From positions 2,666,001-2,730,000 of the forward strand of contig NC_042999.1 of assembly GCF_006345805.1 (NCBI RefSeq): a DNA stretch of 64,000 bases. Reading direction: 5' to 3'. This stretch comes from Octopus sinensis. Taxonomy: Eukaryota. Shown here piece after piece: positions 35,102 to 48,512 of this stretch (position 1 is its first letter; every line of letters starts with the position of its first letter). The notes beneath the pieces are model-generated. The model worked only from the letters and a program-made list of their open reading frames with translations, did not search any database and had not been told where the DNA came from. The translations under genes and the position numbers were made by a program.

Positions 35102-36768
35102 CATCTATCTGTGCTGAACCAAGTTTACAAACGAAGATTTCCAAGCAAATGGAATTAAATTTATTCAATATGCCTTCCCATCAACATGACAACCAGCAAG
35201 ATCATAACTTCAGAGAAAGGGAAAATCAAACTGGTCGATCAAAAAAAAATTATATACACACAAGAAATAAGCAGAATGCAGATGGATTGAAGATATATTG
35301 GAGGTGTGAAAATCGTGTGTGAAGGGCGAGACTTCATACAGATGAAAATTATAAAGAGCTTAAGAAGATTGGGATCCATAATCATGCTTCAACTGCTGCA
35401 GAGGTAAATGCAAGGATAATAGTTTCAAATATTAAAGTAAAGTCTATTTCATCTTGTGATGCCCCTCGCTCAGTTATCGCTGGTGAAATTCAGAATTTAA
35501 ACAAATATACATTGTCGCAAATACCTCCTTTTGCACAGCTTAATAGGAATATTAGACATTGGAGGCAATCTGATTCCAACTATCCTGCCACCCCACTTAC
35601 AACTGTTGGGGTTTCCATTCCAAGTGAAGACTCCTATCTTGACAAGGATAAAATGTTTTTACAGATTGACAACAGGATGGAAGATTCAAAACAAATGCTA
35701 ATATTTACAAGAGACGAAGCACTTCGACAATTAAAACAACACAAGAACTGGGTGACAGATGGAACATTTAAGCACTGCTCTAGTATATTTTTTCAGTTAT
35801 ATATACTTCACATTCAAATTGATAATTTTAATGCCCCACGGTTGTTTGCATTACTCTCTGACAAAAGTGAAGACACATATTGTAGCCTTTTTTCCAAAAT
35901 AAATGAATTAATGCAGAATGAGGGACCTGATAATATAATTATAGATTTCGAAAAAGCAGCCCATAACGGATTTCTGGAATGGTTTCCTGGATCGAATTTG
36001 GCATGCTGCTTGTTTCATTTAGGACAAAATGTGTGCAAGAAGGACTAAGATGCAGATATCTCGAAGATGACAGTTTTAGTCTAAAAGTGCAGTGTTTTGT
36101 AGCCCTTGCCTTCCTGCCGGTTGATGATGTTGTAGACGGATATGAACAATTTGTAGGTGATGATGATATTCCACAGTCTATTGTATCCTATTTTGAAATA
36201 ATTATTTAGGACCACCCGAGGACAGAGGAGGCGATGCCATGAACCTCCATTTCCATTACCTGTATGGAATGTCTGGGATCGATGTATGACAGGGATTGCT
36301 CGTACTACAAATAGTTTAGAAGCCTACAACAGCATGCTGGAAAACACAGTGAATATAAGTCATCCACATATTTGGAAACTTACTGATGTGATTGAATGTG
36401 AGGAAAGGTTTGCCAGAACCAAATTGCAGAAGTTTATGCAAGGAGAGGAACCAAATCAATAGAAAAAAATACAGAGATATGAACCTGCATATAAAAAATG
36501 ATATGGAAAAATATGATCCAAACCCCAAAAATTATTTTTCTAAAAGCAATTGCACACAATCTTAAATTTTAAGAAAAAATAAATATTTAATACAGCAAAC
36601 CTTAAAATAAACGTTTTTTTTAATTCAGATATTCTTTCTTCCATTTTTCCTATGATCTCGATGAATTTGACTGACAACGAATTGACCTGGGGATGAATTG
36701 ACCAATGATGAATTGACTGGGGGCAAATTAAACGATGACAAATTGTCATTGATGAATTGACCAGACAC
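34817..36768 (+). mobile_element. Mutator-like (MULE) DNA transposon relic with both TIRs
   Basis: FLYWCH-like YWRCENRV*RARLHT..IHNH; MULE motifs WVTDGTFK, LFALL..KS..TY, IIIDFEKAA, CCLFHLGQ, RTTNSLEAYN; about 110-bp TIRs at 34817-34925 and 36660-36768. Confidence 0.85.
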
Positions 36769-36944
36769 TGAGTAGTTTTTATCGTCTCTTATCATACTAG
36801 ACATAGAAATGCATAACAGCAATATCTACAGTCCAAGATATAATTCATAATGTTACTTAGACTTATCCACACTGTTCCCCGAGGGTAGACCCTCTCTCTC
36901 CCTCTCTCTCTTTCTGTCTCTTTCTGACTGTATCTGTAAAGTGG

Positions 36945-37120
36945 TTGGTGTTAGGAAGAGCATCCAGCAGAAAAGAACCTTGCCAAAACAGACCACTGGG
37001 GCCTAGTGCCAGCTCCTGTCAAACCATCCAGCCCATGCCAGTATGGAAAACATGTTAAATGATGATGATGATGATAATGATGACAACGATGATATTAATG
37101 ATGATGATGAAGATGATGAG
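36945..37120 (+). mobile_element. Diverged RTE 3' end with (GAT)n tail
   Basis: GTGGTTGGTGTTAGGAAGAGCATCCAGC...CCATGCCAGTATGGAAAAC. Confidence 0.75.
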
Positions 37121-37559
37121 ATATTTCTGCATGTCCAAGAAAGTTTATGTTACTCATGAAATAATTAATGGTAATTTAGAACAAATTTGAAGGCAATAAA
37201 ACTGGGGAATGAAAATATAGTCACAAAAAAAATATATCCATTGAGGAAATATAATTTTAGCTCGGGCATCAGACATCACAGGAAAAAAATTAAAATGTCA
37301 CATTTCACTTAAATATCAATATTGAAAGCAATTAAACAATTATTTTAATTCCTTTATTAATTGATCATAAATTGTATGTGACAACACTACAATTCATATA
37401 CTTGTTATACTTCAAAGTGAAAAAACAAAATCATGTCTCATTTTATGCCAAATAAAACACAAAACATAAAATTCAAATCAAATAATATATCAATGTCTCC
37501 CACTGACTTTTTATCATATCATATTATATTTCCAACCATTTTTGAGACGGTTTTATGAC

Positions 37560-38400
37560 ATTATTGTAACTTGTCTTGACATTTTTGGGGGTGAGGTGAA
37601 GGTTTGACATAGTTTGTGAATTTTTCATTTTTTTCATGATTTTTTGCCAGAGTATTTTTTCTGTGATGTTTCTTTTTCCCTGGGAATTCTTTCTGTGAAT
37701 TTTCCTTACAATGTTTATCCAATTATTTTTTCCCCTATGACATATTTGGTAACTTTTTACCTCTATGTTTTATTCCTAGTGATATTTTCCCCCGTCATTT
37801 CTTCCTGTCGTTTTTTTCTCTAATGACATTTTTTTCCTTGTACCTTTTATCCAATAATATTTTTCTGTGACATTTTCAGCAAATGCTTTCTCCTATGTTG
37901 TTTTGCTAATGGTATTTTTTCTTGTCACATTTCCGTGTGTCTTTCTTTTCTCAAGTGACATTTTTCCCTTGTCACTTTTATTCAAGGCTTTTCCCTGTGA
38001 CATTTTTCCACTGTCATTTTCCCTGTGACTTTTTCCAGCAACATTTTCCCTACAGCATTTTCCAGTAATAATTTTCTCTATGATTATTATCCAATGAACT
38101 TTTCCCTGTCACTTTTATACAATGACTTTTCCCTGTGACTTTTTCCAGTAACAATTTTCCCTATGGTTATCATCCAATGGTTTTTCCCAATGACTTTTAC
38201 TCAATAATTTTTTTCTATGTGACATTTTATCTTTAGACTTTTACCCAATAATCTTTTTAATTGTGATATTTCACCTATGAATTTTTTCCCATGGCTTTCA
38301 TCTAGTGACATATTTCCTCCATGGAAATGTTTCCCTCTGACATTTTCTTTCCATGACATTTTTTCCTATGATTTTTCCATTGACATTTTACCTTCTTATA
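37560..38400 (+). repeat. Degenerate approximately 15-bp periodic array (GTGACATTTTTCCCT-like)
   Basis: Recurring GACATTTT and TTTTCCCTGTGAC motifs; further units at 38580-38660. Confidence 0.75.
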
Positions 38401-39056
38401 GGTATTTTAAATGCACAAGTCTCTGATATCCAAGGGGTTAAAAAGTATCAGCAGAAGAGCACCCAGGAGCCATGACCCTTAGACTGTAAGAAATTAAGGG
38501 CCATAACACTTGTTTGACAGGGGTTTCTTCTCTGAAGACCTTTTACTGTTAAGCTCCTTTAAGAGTTTCTTACCACTGTCAAGTGATATTTTCCCTTTGT
38601 GACATTTTACAAACAATTTTTCCCTGTGACTTTTCTCCAAAAACATTTTCCCTTTCACTTCCTAAAATGATATTCCATTCTAAAATCAGTCGAAAAAACG
38701 GCAAAGAAAGACCAGCAATAGGCAGGCATGATTAGGTCATGACACAAAGACACAAAACCAAACCAACCAACAAAACAGAAGAAGTAAGACAGGAGTAAGA
38801 GGAAATACAAACCTCATAATCAATATTCAATGAGATTATATAGATTGAAACATTATATACATTTGCTATACAACTTACATATTTGCTACAAAAGAATCCA
38901 TAAGGCTTTATATCATTTGAAGGCTGTGTGGCTAATAACAAAGGTAGATACTTGCTGTTGATAAATATTGGAAAGATATACTTACAATTGATTCACCACA
39001 GAAATCCAACGGCGCAAGCTTTTTAATACTGCCATATTGTGATCCACTCCCAGCTC

Positions 39057-39057
<1 letters not shown>

Positions 39058-39089
<32 letters not shown>

Positions 39090-39843
39090 CATACATACAT
39101 GCATACATAATACATACATACATACATACATACATGTATACATACATACATGCAGGCATACATACATACATACATGTATACATACATGCATGCATACATG
39201 TATACATACATGCATACATACATACATACATACATACATACATACATACAGGTATACATACATGCATACAGGTATACATACATGCATACATACATACATA
39301 CATACATACATACATACGTACATACATACATACATACGTACATACACACATACGTACATACTTATATACATATATACATACATACATAATACATACACAC
39401 ATACATACATACATAATACATACATACATACATACATACATACATACATACATACATACATAAATACATACATGCATACATGCATAATACATACATACAT
39501 ACACACATACATACATACATATGTACATACATACATATATGCATGCATACATGCATAATACATACATGCATACACACATACATACATACATACATACATA
39601 CATACATACATACATGCATACATGCATAATACATACATGCATACACACATACATACATGCATACATACATACATATGTACATACATACATATATGCATGC
39701 ATACATACATACATGCATACATACATACATACATAATACATACATACATACATACATACATACGTAATACATACATAATATATACATAATACATACATAC
39801 ATACATACCTACATACATAATACATACATTCGTACATACATAT
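39058..39843 (+). repeat. (CATA)n tetranucleotide microsatellite, about 790 bp
   Basis: Seen directly; source of the MYVC-type ORFs. Confidence 0.95.
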
Positions 39844-40062
39844 ACTGCTGTACTCTTTCACCACAACTTTCTCTTCTTCTTCCTGTTTCTGTTGTACCTG
39901 TATTTCAAAGGTCCATTCTTGCCACACTCAGTGTCATGCTGAATCTCCCCGAGAACTACTTTAAGTGTAGACATGTCTGTAGAGTGCTCAGCCACTTGCA
40001 CATTAATTCCGTTGATCGGATCAACTGAAACCCTCATCGTTGTGACTAACAGAGTGCCACGA
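39844..40062 (+). mobile_element. 5'-truncated SINE B/T1
   Basis: Homologous to the reverse complement of 4907-5160. Confidence 0.8.
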
Positions 40063-40492
40063 TATATATATCAAGTATATAGCTGTTAGATAGCTGCTTT
40101 AATTTAATACAACCATAATTGCATGTGTTGTATATATATTTATATAAAAAGTAAACACAAATTGGGTTAAAAATTTGTGACGGTTTTTTCAGTAGAATTT
40201 TATTAATGTATCTATAGACTACATCTAACATAGAATCCACCATCCTCAGGTAAAATTTTATAAAGATAAGATTTCAAATGGGTAAAAATTCATACATCAG
40301 CCAGAACAAATCCATTATTGTTTACCTCACTGTGAACTCTGATAGAATAAGCAATAGGTTTTAAAAGAAATCTGAAGTTGATTCATTTGACTAAGAATTC
40401 TTCAAGGCATTGCCCCAGCATGGCCGCAATCCAATGATTTAAACGATCAAAAGACAAAAAAAAGACAGTTTACATGAATGAATGAGGGACAA

Positions 40493-40735
40493 AAAGTATT
40501 ACTCATTAAGAATTACTCATAAAGCATTACTCACAAAGTGTTACTCATAAAGTGTTACTCATAAAGCAATACTCATAAAGTGTTACTCATAAAGCATTAC
40601 TCAAAGTATTACTCATAAATCATTACTCAAAAAGTATTACTCATAAAGCATTACTCATAAAGTATTACTCATGAAGTATTACTCATAAAGCATTACTCAT
40701 AAAGTATAACTCATCAAGCATTACTCATAAAGCTC
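40493..40735 (+). repeat. 14-bp minisatellite (AAAGTATTACTCAT) x about 17
   Basis: Seen directly. Confidence 0.9.
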
Positions 40736-41244
40736 TGGAAATGTTTATCGTCAGAAATGTTGGAACACAGCATTGTGAAGACAAAAGATTAGACTACAGT
40801 ATTTGGAGACATCAAAGAATGTGAAACTTAATGTAATTGACATCTGAAGCAAAAGTCTAACACAGAACAGTATTCCAAATGAACTTGGTTTCCTGCCTTT
40901 TTCAAAGTAACTTTACGATGTATGACACAAATTAGAATATTCTTCATCACAGATTTTTGCTTCAAATTCTACATTTTTTTCTTCAGTAACAAAAGATTTT
41001 AACCACATTTTAACTTCAGATTTGTTTAACCTAAGGGGAGTTTCACAAAAAAATTTCCCATCTAATTTCATTTTCCTTTTCTATTTTTTTTAATTCACTA
41101 ATCTCAGCAAAAATCTCTGAGATACCTAAGGGGATGGTCAATAAATTTATCATATCCATCACATCAATATTATATTCTAAATATAAATCCTTAAAAGCGA
41201 AATAAGAAAAGAAATGACAAAAACATTAATAAAGATACAAACAA

Positions 41245-41391
41245 ATTGCTGTGTGGTTAAGAAGTTTGCTTCCCAACCATGATGTTTCAGGTTCAGTCCC
41301 ACCATGCGCAACCCTCAGTAAATGTCTTCTAGAGTAGCCTTATGCTGATCAAAGCCTTATGAGTGGATTAGAGAGATGGAAATTAAAAGAA

Positions 41392-41425
<34 letters not shown>

Positions 41426-42330
41426 AATATATATATGGTAACTTTCTAAGTGGGAATCCCAGTCGCCATGATAGATCGTTAGCCACAACACACATTTTTT
41501 TTCTCTCCTTGTTTCTTTCTCTCTCTCTTTCTGTAGAAGAGCATAGGCTCGAAACATAAAAGACTTTTTTCTATTCCCGAGTGTTATACTAATACATCTG
41601 CTTGTTTTGTACACCACCTGTCTTCATCTTTTGTTTTTTTCATAAACTCTCCCTATATATTAAATATGATTGATATGGAAGACAGAATGTGTATGTGTGT
41701 GTGTGTGTGTTGGCTCTTGTGCCAGTGGCACATAAAACGCACTATCCAAACGTGAACGATGCCAGGCACACCTGACTGGCTCCTGTGCCGGTGGCACATA
41801 AAAAGCACCCACTACACTCATGGAGTGGTTGGTGTCAGGAAGGGCATCCAGCTGTTGAAACATTGCCAGATCAGATTGAGGCCTGGTGCAGCCTTCTGAC
41901 TTACCAGTCCTCAGTCAAACTGTCCAACCCACGCCAGCATGGAAAACGGACGTTATATGATGATGATGATATATATATATATATATGTATACACATATAT
42001 CTGTGCGTGTGAAGGTCATGGCTTGGTGGTTAGAATGTCAGGCTCACAATCATGAGGTAGTGAGTTCGATTGTGTGTTATCTTCTTGAGCATGACACTTT
42101 ATTTCACATCACTTCATTTCACTCAGCTGTAGAAATGAGTTGCAACGTCACTGGTGCCAAGCTGTATCAGCATTTGCCTTTCCCTTGGATAACATTGGTC
42201 ACATGGAGAAGCAAGGCTGGTATGCATGGGTGACTGCTGTTCTTCCATAAACAACGTTGCTTGGATTTGTATCATGAAGGTAACTTTCTAAGTGGGAATC
42301 CCATGGCCATGAATAACCTAAGGGATATTT
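41245..42330 (+). mobile_element. Nest: SINE D head (41245-41400), PLE-like fragment (41440-41660), RTE 3' end (41710-41970), SINE C/T3 (42010-42330)
   Basis: Homology to other copies. Confidence 0.75.
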
Positions 42331-42474
42331 ACCATTTTATATGTGTGTGTGTGTGTGTGTGTGTTGTGTGTGTGTGTGTATACATATTTATATATATAAT
42401 AATATAAATAATATATATATGCATATATACATACATGTACATACTTATATATGTACATACACATGTATATATGG

Positions 42475-43565
42475 GTACAGGACATCAACAAACGTAAACA
42501 ACATGAAAAACGAGATCATGAAATGCAAAAACATGGAAAACAAACTTATTTTGAAAAATAAAAGAAACAAATAAAACAAACGCGACAGGCAACATAAAGA
42601 ACAATCCCTTCGTCAGTTGACCACTGTTTTATCTACTCTGCATTTTGATTGTTAGGACAAGATGTGTCTTCGTCAAAACAGTCGCTTCCACAAAGCAAAT
42701 GAAATAAAATTTGGGATTTACAGAAGGTCAAAGTTGGTAACAAAAACAGACAGTTAAAACAAACGGTAAGGATTGTTAAGCCATAACGAGGTAAAGTGGT
42801 GAATGCTGGAGAAACAAGCTTTGGCAGGAGACAGACAAAAATGCATTGTAGCTGAATGAGAAGAAAGAAATTTGAGTTACGAGCAGAAAGATGGCTGCTG
42901 GTCACGTGTGAGCAACGAGAAAGTCAAGGAGGAAGAGTGAGGGAGAGAGAGGGACAGATAGAGAGCGGTGAAGGGGGAGAAAAATTAGAGGAAGTGTGAG
43001 TGGGAAAAAGAATATAGAAAGAGGAAGAGAGAGAGGAATATAGTGATAGAATAGTATCACATCAGAATTATGAAGATAAAACTTACTTGGAAATGGATGT
43101 GTGGCATTCGATCATATAATAATATAAGTGACACACACAGACACACATATATATGTGTGTGTGTGTGTGTACATATATATACATATATACTTACATACAT
43201 ACATATAAAGTTAATCCAAACATGAAAACACAAAGAGAAAACACAACAACGCGAGGACGTGGAACAAATATAGTATTATTGGACGCTCAGGAAGGAAGGG
43301 AATGGGTACAGGACATCAAAAAACATAAACAGCATGACAAACAAGAACATGGAAAACAAACTATTTTTGAACAAAGAAAGAAACTAATAAAAAAACGAGA
43401 CAGGCAACATAAAGAACAATCCCTTCGTCAGTTGACCACTGTTTTATCTACTCTGCATTTTGATTGTTAGGACAAGATGTGTCTTCGTCAAAACAGTCAC
43501 TTCCACAAAGCAAATTAAATAAAATTTGGTATTTGCTGAGGGTCAAAGCTGGTAACGAAAACAGG
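42475..43565. repeat. About 270-bp direct repeats (42475-42755 and 43300-43565) around an unrelated spacer
   Basis: Near-identical GGCAACATAAAGAACAATCCCTTCGTCAGTTGACCACTG...CAAAGCAAAT blocks. Confidence 0.85.
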
Positions 43566-43779
43566 ATTTGTGTGTGTGTTCCATCATCATTGCTTGACAA
43601 CTGCTGTTGGTTTGCTTACATCCCTGTAACTTATCAGCTCAGCAAAAGCTGAACTGCTATACAGAAATATGTACCAAACCTGGAAAAAAAAATAGTGGAG
43701 TCTCTTCGTTCAAATGATTGAAACAAGTAAAAGATGGAAGATAAAATGTAAAAAAACATGGTCCTAGTAGGGTGCCAAG

Positions 43780-44165
43780 AGAACCATCCGAGTGTGATCG
43801 TTGCTAGAGCAGCCAACTGGCTTCCATGCCAGTGGCACATAAAAGGGCACCATTCGAGCTTGATCATTACCAACATCGCCTTACTGGCACCTGTGCCAGT
43901 GGAATGTGTAAAAAGATTCGAGCGAGGTCGTTGCCATTACTGCCTGACTGGCCCCCATGCTGGTGGCACGGAAAAAAGCACCCACTACACTCTCAGAGTG
44001 GTTGGCATTAGGAAGGGCATCCAGCTGTAGAAACTCTGTCGGATCAAGATTGGGGCCTGGTGCAGCCATCTGGTTCGCCAGCCCTCAGTCAAAATCGTCC
44101 AACCCATGCTAGCATGGAAAACAGACGTTAAAGGAGGAGGATGATGATGATGATGATGATGATGG
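43780..44165 (+). mobile_element. RTE LINE 3' end with UTR repeat units
   Basis: Conserved terminus and (GAT)n tail. Confidence 0.85.
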
Positions 44166-44464
44166 AAAATGAAATATAAAGAAAAAAATAAAAGTTAAAA
44201 TGACACTTTGAATATATTCGTTTTGAAATCATCCTTGTTCGTAATTTAGCAAAGAGGAAAAATATATTTTTAAAAGGAATAAGTTTTAGAATATATGAAA
44301 CTTAATCAAGGTTTAAATTATATCGAATTTAATCCATTAATGGTTAACTTGGATTTAAGTGGAAATGCATGTTTTTATTTAAACTGGAATCTTCTTACTC
44401 TAATGTCTATTTGTGTACAGTGTGTGGCACAAAAACGAGTAGAAGCTGGGGAAACCTAACCACC

Positions 44465-44953
44465 TGTCATCATCATCATCATTATCATCATCATCATCAT
44501 CATCATCATCACATTGTTATTGTCATCTCCAGCATCAGCATTCTCATCGTCATCATCATTGATAACATCATTAACAACATTACCATCATCATCATTATCA
44601 CCATCTTTGTCATTGTCATCGTCTTAATCCTCCTTCAACTCATCATCATCATCATCATTCTCATTGTCATTGTTACTATCATCTTCATCATCATCGCCAA
44701 CAACATCATCATTATCATCATCATCATCACCATCTTCATCATTGTCATCATCTTAATCCTCCTTCAGCTCATCATCATCATCATCATTCTCATTGTCATT
44801 GTTACTATCATCTTCATCATCATCGCCAACAACATCATCATTATCATCATCATCACTATCTTTGTCATTGTCATCATCTTCATCCTCCTTCATCTCATCA
44901 TCATCATAAGAATCATCATCATCATCAAAATCATCGCCTTCATCATCACCACC

Positions 44954-44987
<34 letters not shown>

Positions 44988-45000
44988 TCGACATCATCTT
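44465..45000 (+). repeat. (CAT)n compound tract with internal duplication
   Basis: Seen directly. Confidence 0.9.
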
Positions 45001-45352
45001 TTATATCAATATCTGTTTTCTTTCATTCAACCCCCACCTTTTATTCCCAGTCTTGCCCACCCAACCTCAGCGAGCCGGTGCTGGTTTGTGCATGGCCAAT
45101 GTATCTTACTGCCAAATTGCAGGTTCCATAAGTTGCTCCAATGTTTGGATGAATAGCCTTAGACATTGGCACCAAACTGGAATTTTGCTTCAGACAATAT
45201 AGAACCGCATGCTAGCTTCAAGTTAATAATTCTGCAAATCAGCCATCCTGGACTGCAGCATATTTATCTAACCCCAAAAAAGGCAAAATGCAAATCTGAT
45301 TTTCACAGGAATTGAACTCAGAGTACAGAGAATCAGAACAAATACTGCAATA

Positions 45353-46025
45353 TATCAGGTCATTAAGAATGAAATGTCCAGCTTTGTTATGCACCAAGTT
45401 TGACAGTCGTTAACTCTAATGTTTTATCTTGACAATTCTTTGTTTTACAACACTGAAGTGTGACATTATCACTTTTTGAAATGCATTTCATGGTGTCTGA
45501 TTATTTTGAGAGATTTCTCTTATAAATCAATTTTTGTGAATCCATGGATAGATAAAAAATTTGTGTTGTTTATGAATATGAGTTCTGTCATGGAACCAAT
45601 GCATCTCAGACAGCTTGAAACATCAATGAGGTATTTGGTGAAGATGTATGTCGATGGTTTGAGAAGTTCAGGTCTGGTGATTTTATTCTCGGAAACTCAG
45701 CCCCATGGTAGACCTGAGCCCAAGGTGGATAGTGATGGGCTGGAAACTGTAGTGGAAGCGGATACATCTCAAACTACGCGTGAGTAAGCAGCAAGGTTTG
45801 ATGCTTCAATTCCAGCTGTATTAGAAAATCTGAGACAAATCAGTAAGGTAAAGAAGCTGGACAAGTGGGTACCACACAAACTGAACGAGCATCAAATGAC
45901 ATGTCATCTTGAAACTTGCTATTCTTTGCTATCACAGCATAAAAAAGAACCATTTTTACATCGTATTGTTACATGTGATGAGAAATGGATCCTTTTCAAC
46001 AACAGCAAGTGTTCTACATGCTGGT
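45353..46025 (+). mobile_element. Mariner transposase relic (5' TIR, HTH, start of catalytic domain)
   Basis: WFEKFRSGDF, GRP, KLDKWVPHKL (WVPHEL motif), FLHRIVTCDEKW; cut off by an RTE insertion. Confidence 0.85.
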
Positions 46026-46347
46026 TGGATAGAGACATAGTGCCAAAACACAATCCCAAAAAGAGGTTGTTGCCAGTGCCACTGGACTGGCTCCTGTGCA
46101 GGTGGCCCAAAAAAACAGCATTTGAGTATGGCCGTTGCCAGTACCGCCTGACTGGCCCTCGTACCAGTGGCACGTAAAAGCACCCACTACACTCTCAGAG
46201 TGGTTGGCATTAGGAATGGCATCCAGCTGTAGAAACTCTGCCAGATTAGATTGGAGCCTGGTGCAGCCATCTGGTTCGCCAGTCCTCAGTCAAATCGTCC
46301 AACCCATGCTAGCATGGAAAGCAGACGTTAAACGATGATGATGATGA
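46026..46347 (+). mobile_element. RTE LINE 3' end
   Basis: Two UTR units, conserved terminus, (GAT)n. Confidence 0.85.
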
Positions 46348-46989
46348 GGCATAAATAGTCTCATTGATTGCTGGCTGAGATGCATAGATGTTCATGGCTT
46401 ATACTTTGACTAATCCAAACATTTCTATTGTTAATTTTTCCAGAACAACCTAATACATTGGATTTAAGACAAAGAAATAGTACAAGAATAAGAAGGGAAC
46501 GATATATACAGGCCAGAATATCTAGCAGACAGAAGATTGTTCAGCTAGTTAGATTAGGTCAGGATGCATATACCTACGTATATACACTCACACAAGGGAC
46601 ATCAGCCCACCTGCCCATATGATCGTTATCAGCCGTAGTTTGTATAATTAATGGTTGGAAGACAATGCCACCATAAGATTGTTATCACGGTTACCCCGAG
46701 ACACGGGAGGCATGCAGAGTGTCTGGCTCGCTCCACATCTATATAGCTGAAGGTTAATCACACACCCCTACACTTATATATATGTACCCACATGCATACA
46801 TACACACATACATATACGGATGTACATACACGTGTCCATATGTATACATTTATACATGCATATACATACATGTACCCACCTACATCCATCTATATATTTT
46901 TATATACACATGCGTGCATCCCCCACACACCAGTGTACACATATACCCATAAATATATATATATATATATAAATACACACACACACTTA

Positions 46990-47160
46990 TATCATCATCA
47001 TCATCATCATTTCATTTAGCGTCCGCTTTCCATGCTGGCATGGGTTGGACGGTTCAACTGGAGTCTGGGAAGCCAGAAGGCTGCACCAGGCCCAGTTTGA
47101 TCTGGCAATGTTTCTACGGCTGGATGCCCTTCCTAATGCCAACTACTCGTGAGTGTAGTA
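46990..47160 (-). mobile_element. RTE LINE 3' end
   Basis: (CAT)n then TTAGCGTCCGCTTTCCATGCTGGCATGGG. Confidence 0.85.
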
Positions 47161-47542
47161 TCTTGTTGTTGTTATGTTAAACTGTCATACGTCCAAATTT
47201 GGCCAAATGTGTTTTTTTCAATATTTAAATTTTGCTTGCAATAGCCAGTTCTTTTGGTCAAAATGTCGTTTCTCCAGCTGCTTCAGATGAAAACAGTCAA
47301 AGTGTAGTGCAATGATTTAGCATTTTTCAAAAGTGTAGTAAGTCCCACATACGACAGTTTTGCAAAAATATTTCTCACTGAAAATATCATACATGCATGG
47401 AGTTATGATTTTATGCATTCAGCAAACTATTATTGTTGAGCTGAAACTGTTTCTAATGTAAAATGAAATGGAATTTGGAAACCAATTTTTAGCTTTCTGA
47501 AGAGCAATGTTTGGGACTTAGGACACTTTTGCATAAAAGCAA

Positions 47543-47574
<32 letters not shown>

Positions 47575-47685
47575 AGAGCAATAAAGATTCAAGTTATTTA
47601 AAAAATTTACTTGAATATGGTACCTAACTTAGAGCACCAAAAAAACAATACTGATTTAACAATACAGTAATTTGGGGTGATTATA

Positions 47686-48512
47686 AGCGAGAAAGAAGCA
47701 ACAAGAATGGATAGGTTTTTAGTACGATCGTTTCATACAGGACAGGTTTTATTAAAAGTTGCAAAGATTACAGCATATAAAGATCCCGTACTCATCAGCT
47801 AATACTGTAAGTTCTCTAGACATCCTATGTTTGAGGCTATACTCATGAAGTAATGTAGATAATTAAACAGATTTCTAAAATCATTAAAGTTCCTTAAGAT
47901 GATGTATAGTCTTATCACAGAATTTTAAAAAGTTTTGATAGCATCACAGAGAAGGTGACCTAATCCATATGAATTCCATAATATGATGAGGGATATATAC
48001 TCACAGAAGACAAATTTTCCATTGTTTTAGCATTACGAGAGGGTGAATTAATCCTTGTATATATGCACAGATTCCAATGGTGTAGATGAAATTTCCAGAG
48101 AAATGGAGATGAATTTCATATTCACAGGCGATAAATTTTACAATGGTTGAACACAATGAGTAGGTACCAATCTTGTTATATGATTAGGTGTGTTGCCATA
48201 TTAATCACATTACTGCTATTCACAAGAGGCTGTAGCTATTTACTCTTAAAGGTGAAGGGCTACTAGATCGGCCAAGAATAGAGAAGGGAATAGAAGAAAA
48301 GAGAGAAAAAGAGAAAATAATGGAGGAGGGAGAAAAAGGGGGGGAAAGGGGGACTAAAAGAGAAGAGAAAAGGAAACAGAGAATAAGAATATATTTTAGC
48401 TGATGTACGGGACTCGTTTATATGCTGTAATCTTTGCAACTTTTAATAAAACCTGTCCTTGTATGAAACGATCGTACTAAAAACCTATCCATTCTTGTTG
48501 CTTCTTTCTCGC
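47686..48512. mobile_element. Element with about 115-bp inverted terminal repeats, each carrying a hammerhead motif (PLE-like)
   Basis: 47686-47802 is the near-exact reverse complement of 48396-48512. Confidence 0.8.
47719..47802 (-). ncRNA. Intact minimal type I hammerhead ribozyme motif
   Basis: TTAG-CTGATGA-GTACGGGA-41nt-TCCTGTAT-GAAA-CGATCG-TA-CTAA. Confidence 0.75.

Noticed and set aside
40493-40735. Regular short repeats as a CRISPR array (also the 61-bp array)
   Set aside because: Units are contiguous with no unique spacers; eukaryotic context; no cas genes.
41437-42303. 25-bp identical segment at 41437 and 42279
   Set aside because: Likely a fragment of the same T3 SINE subfamily; it cannot be a TSD because the second copy lies inside the SINE tail.
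44369-45202. 277-aa Ile-rich ORF resembling a membrane protein (also 2273-2926, 22874-23239, 61140-61847)
   Set aside because: Frames of (CAT)n or (GTT)n tracts.
47803-48396. Possible Penelope RT motif (NFIFTGDKFY) in the spacer of the inverted element
   Set aside because: Too short and interrupted by stops to support a call.
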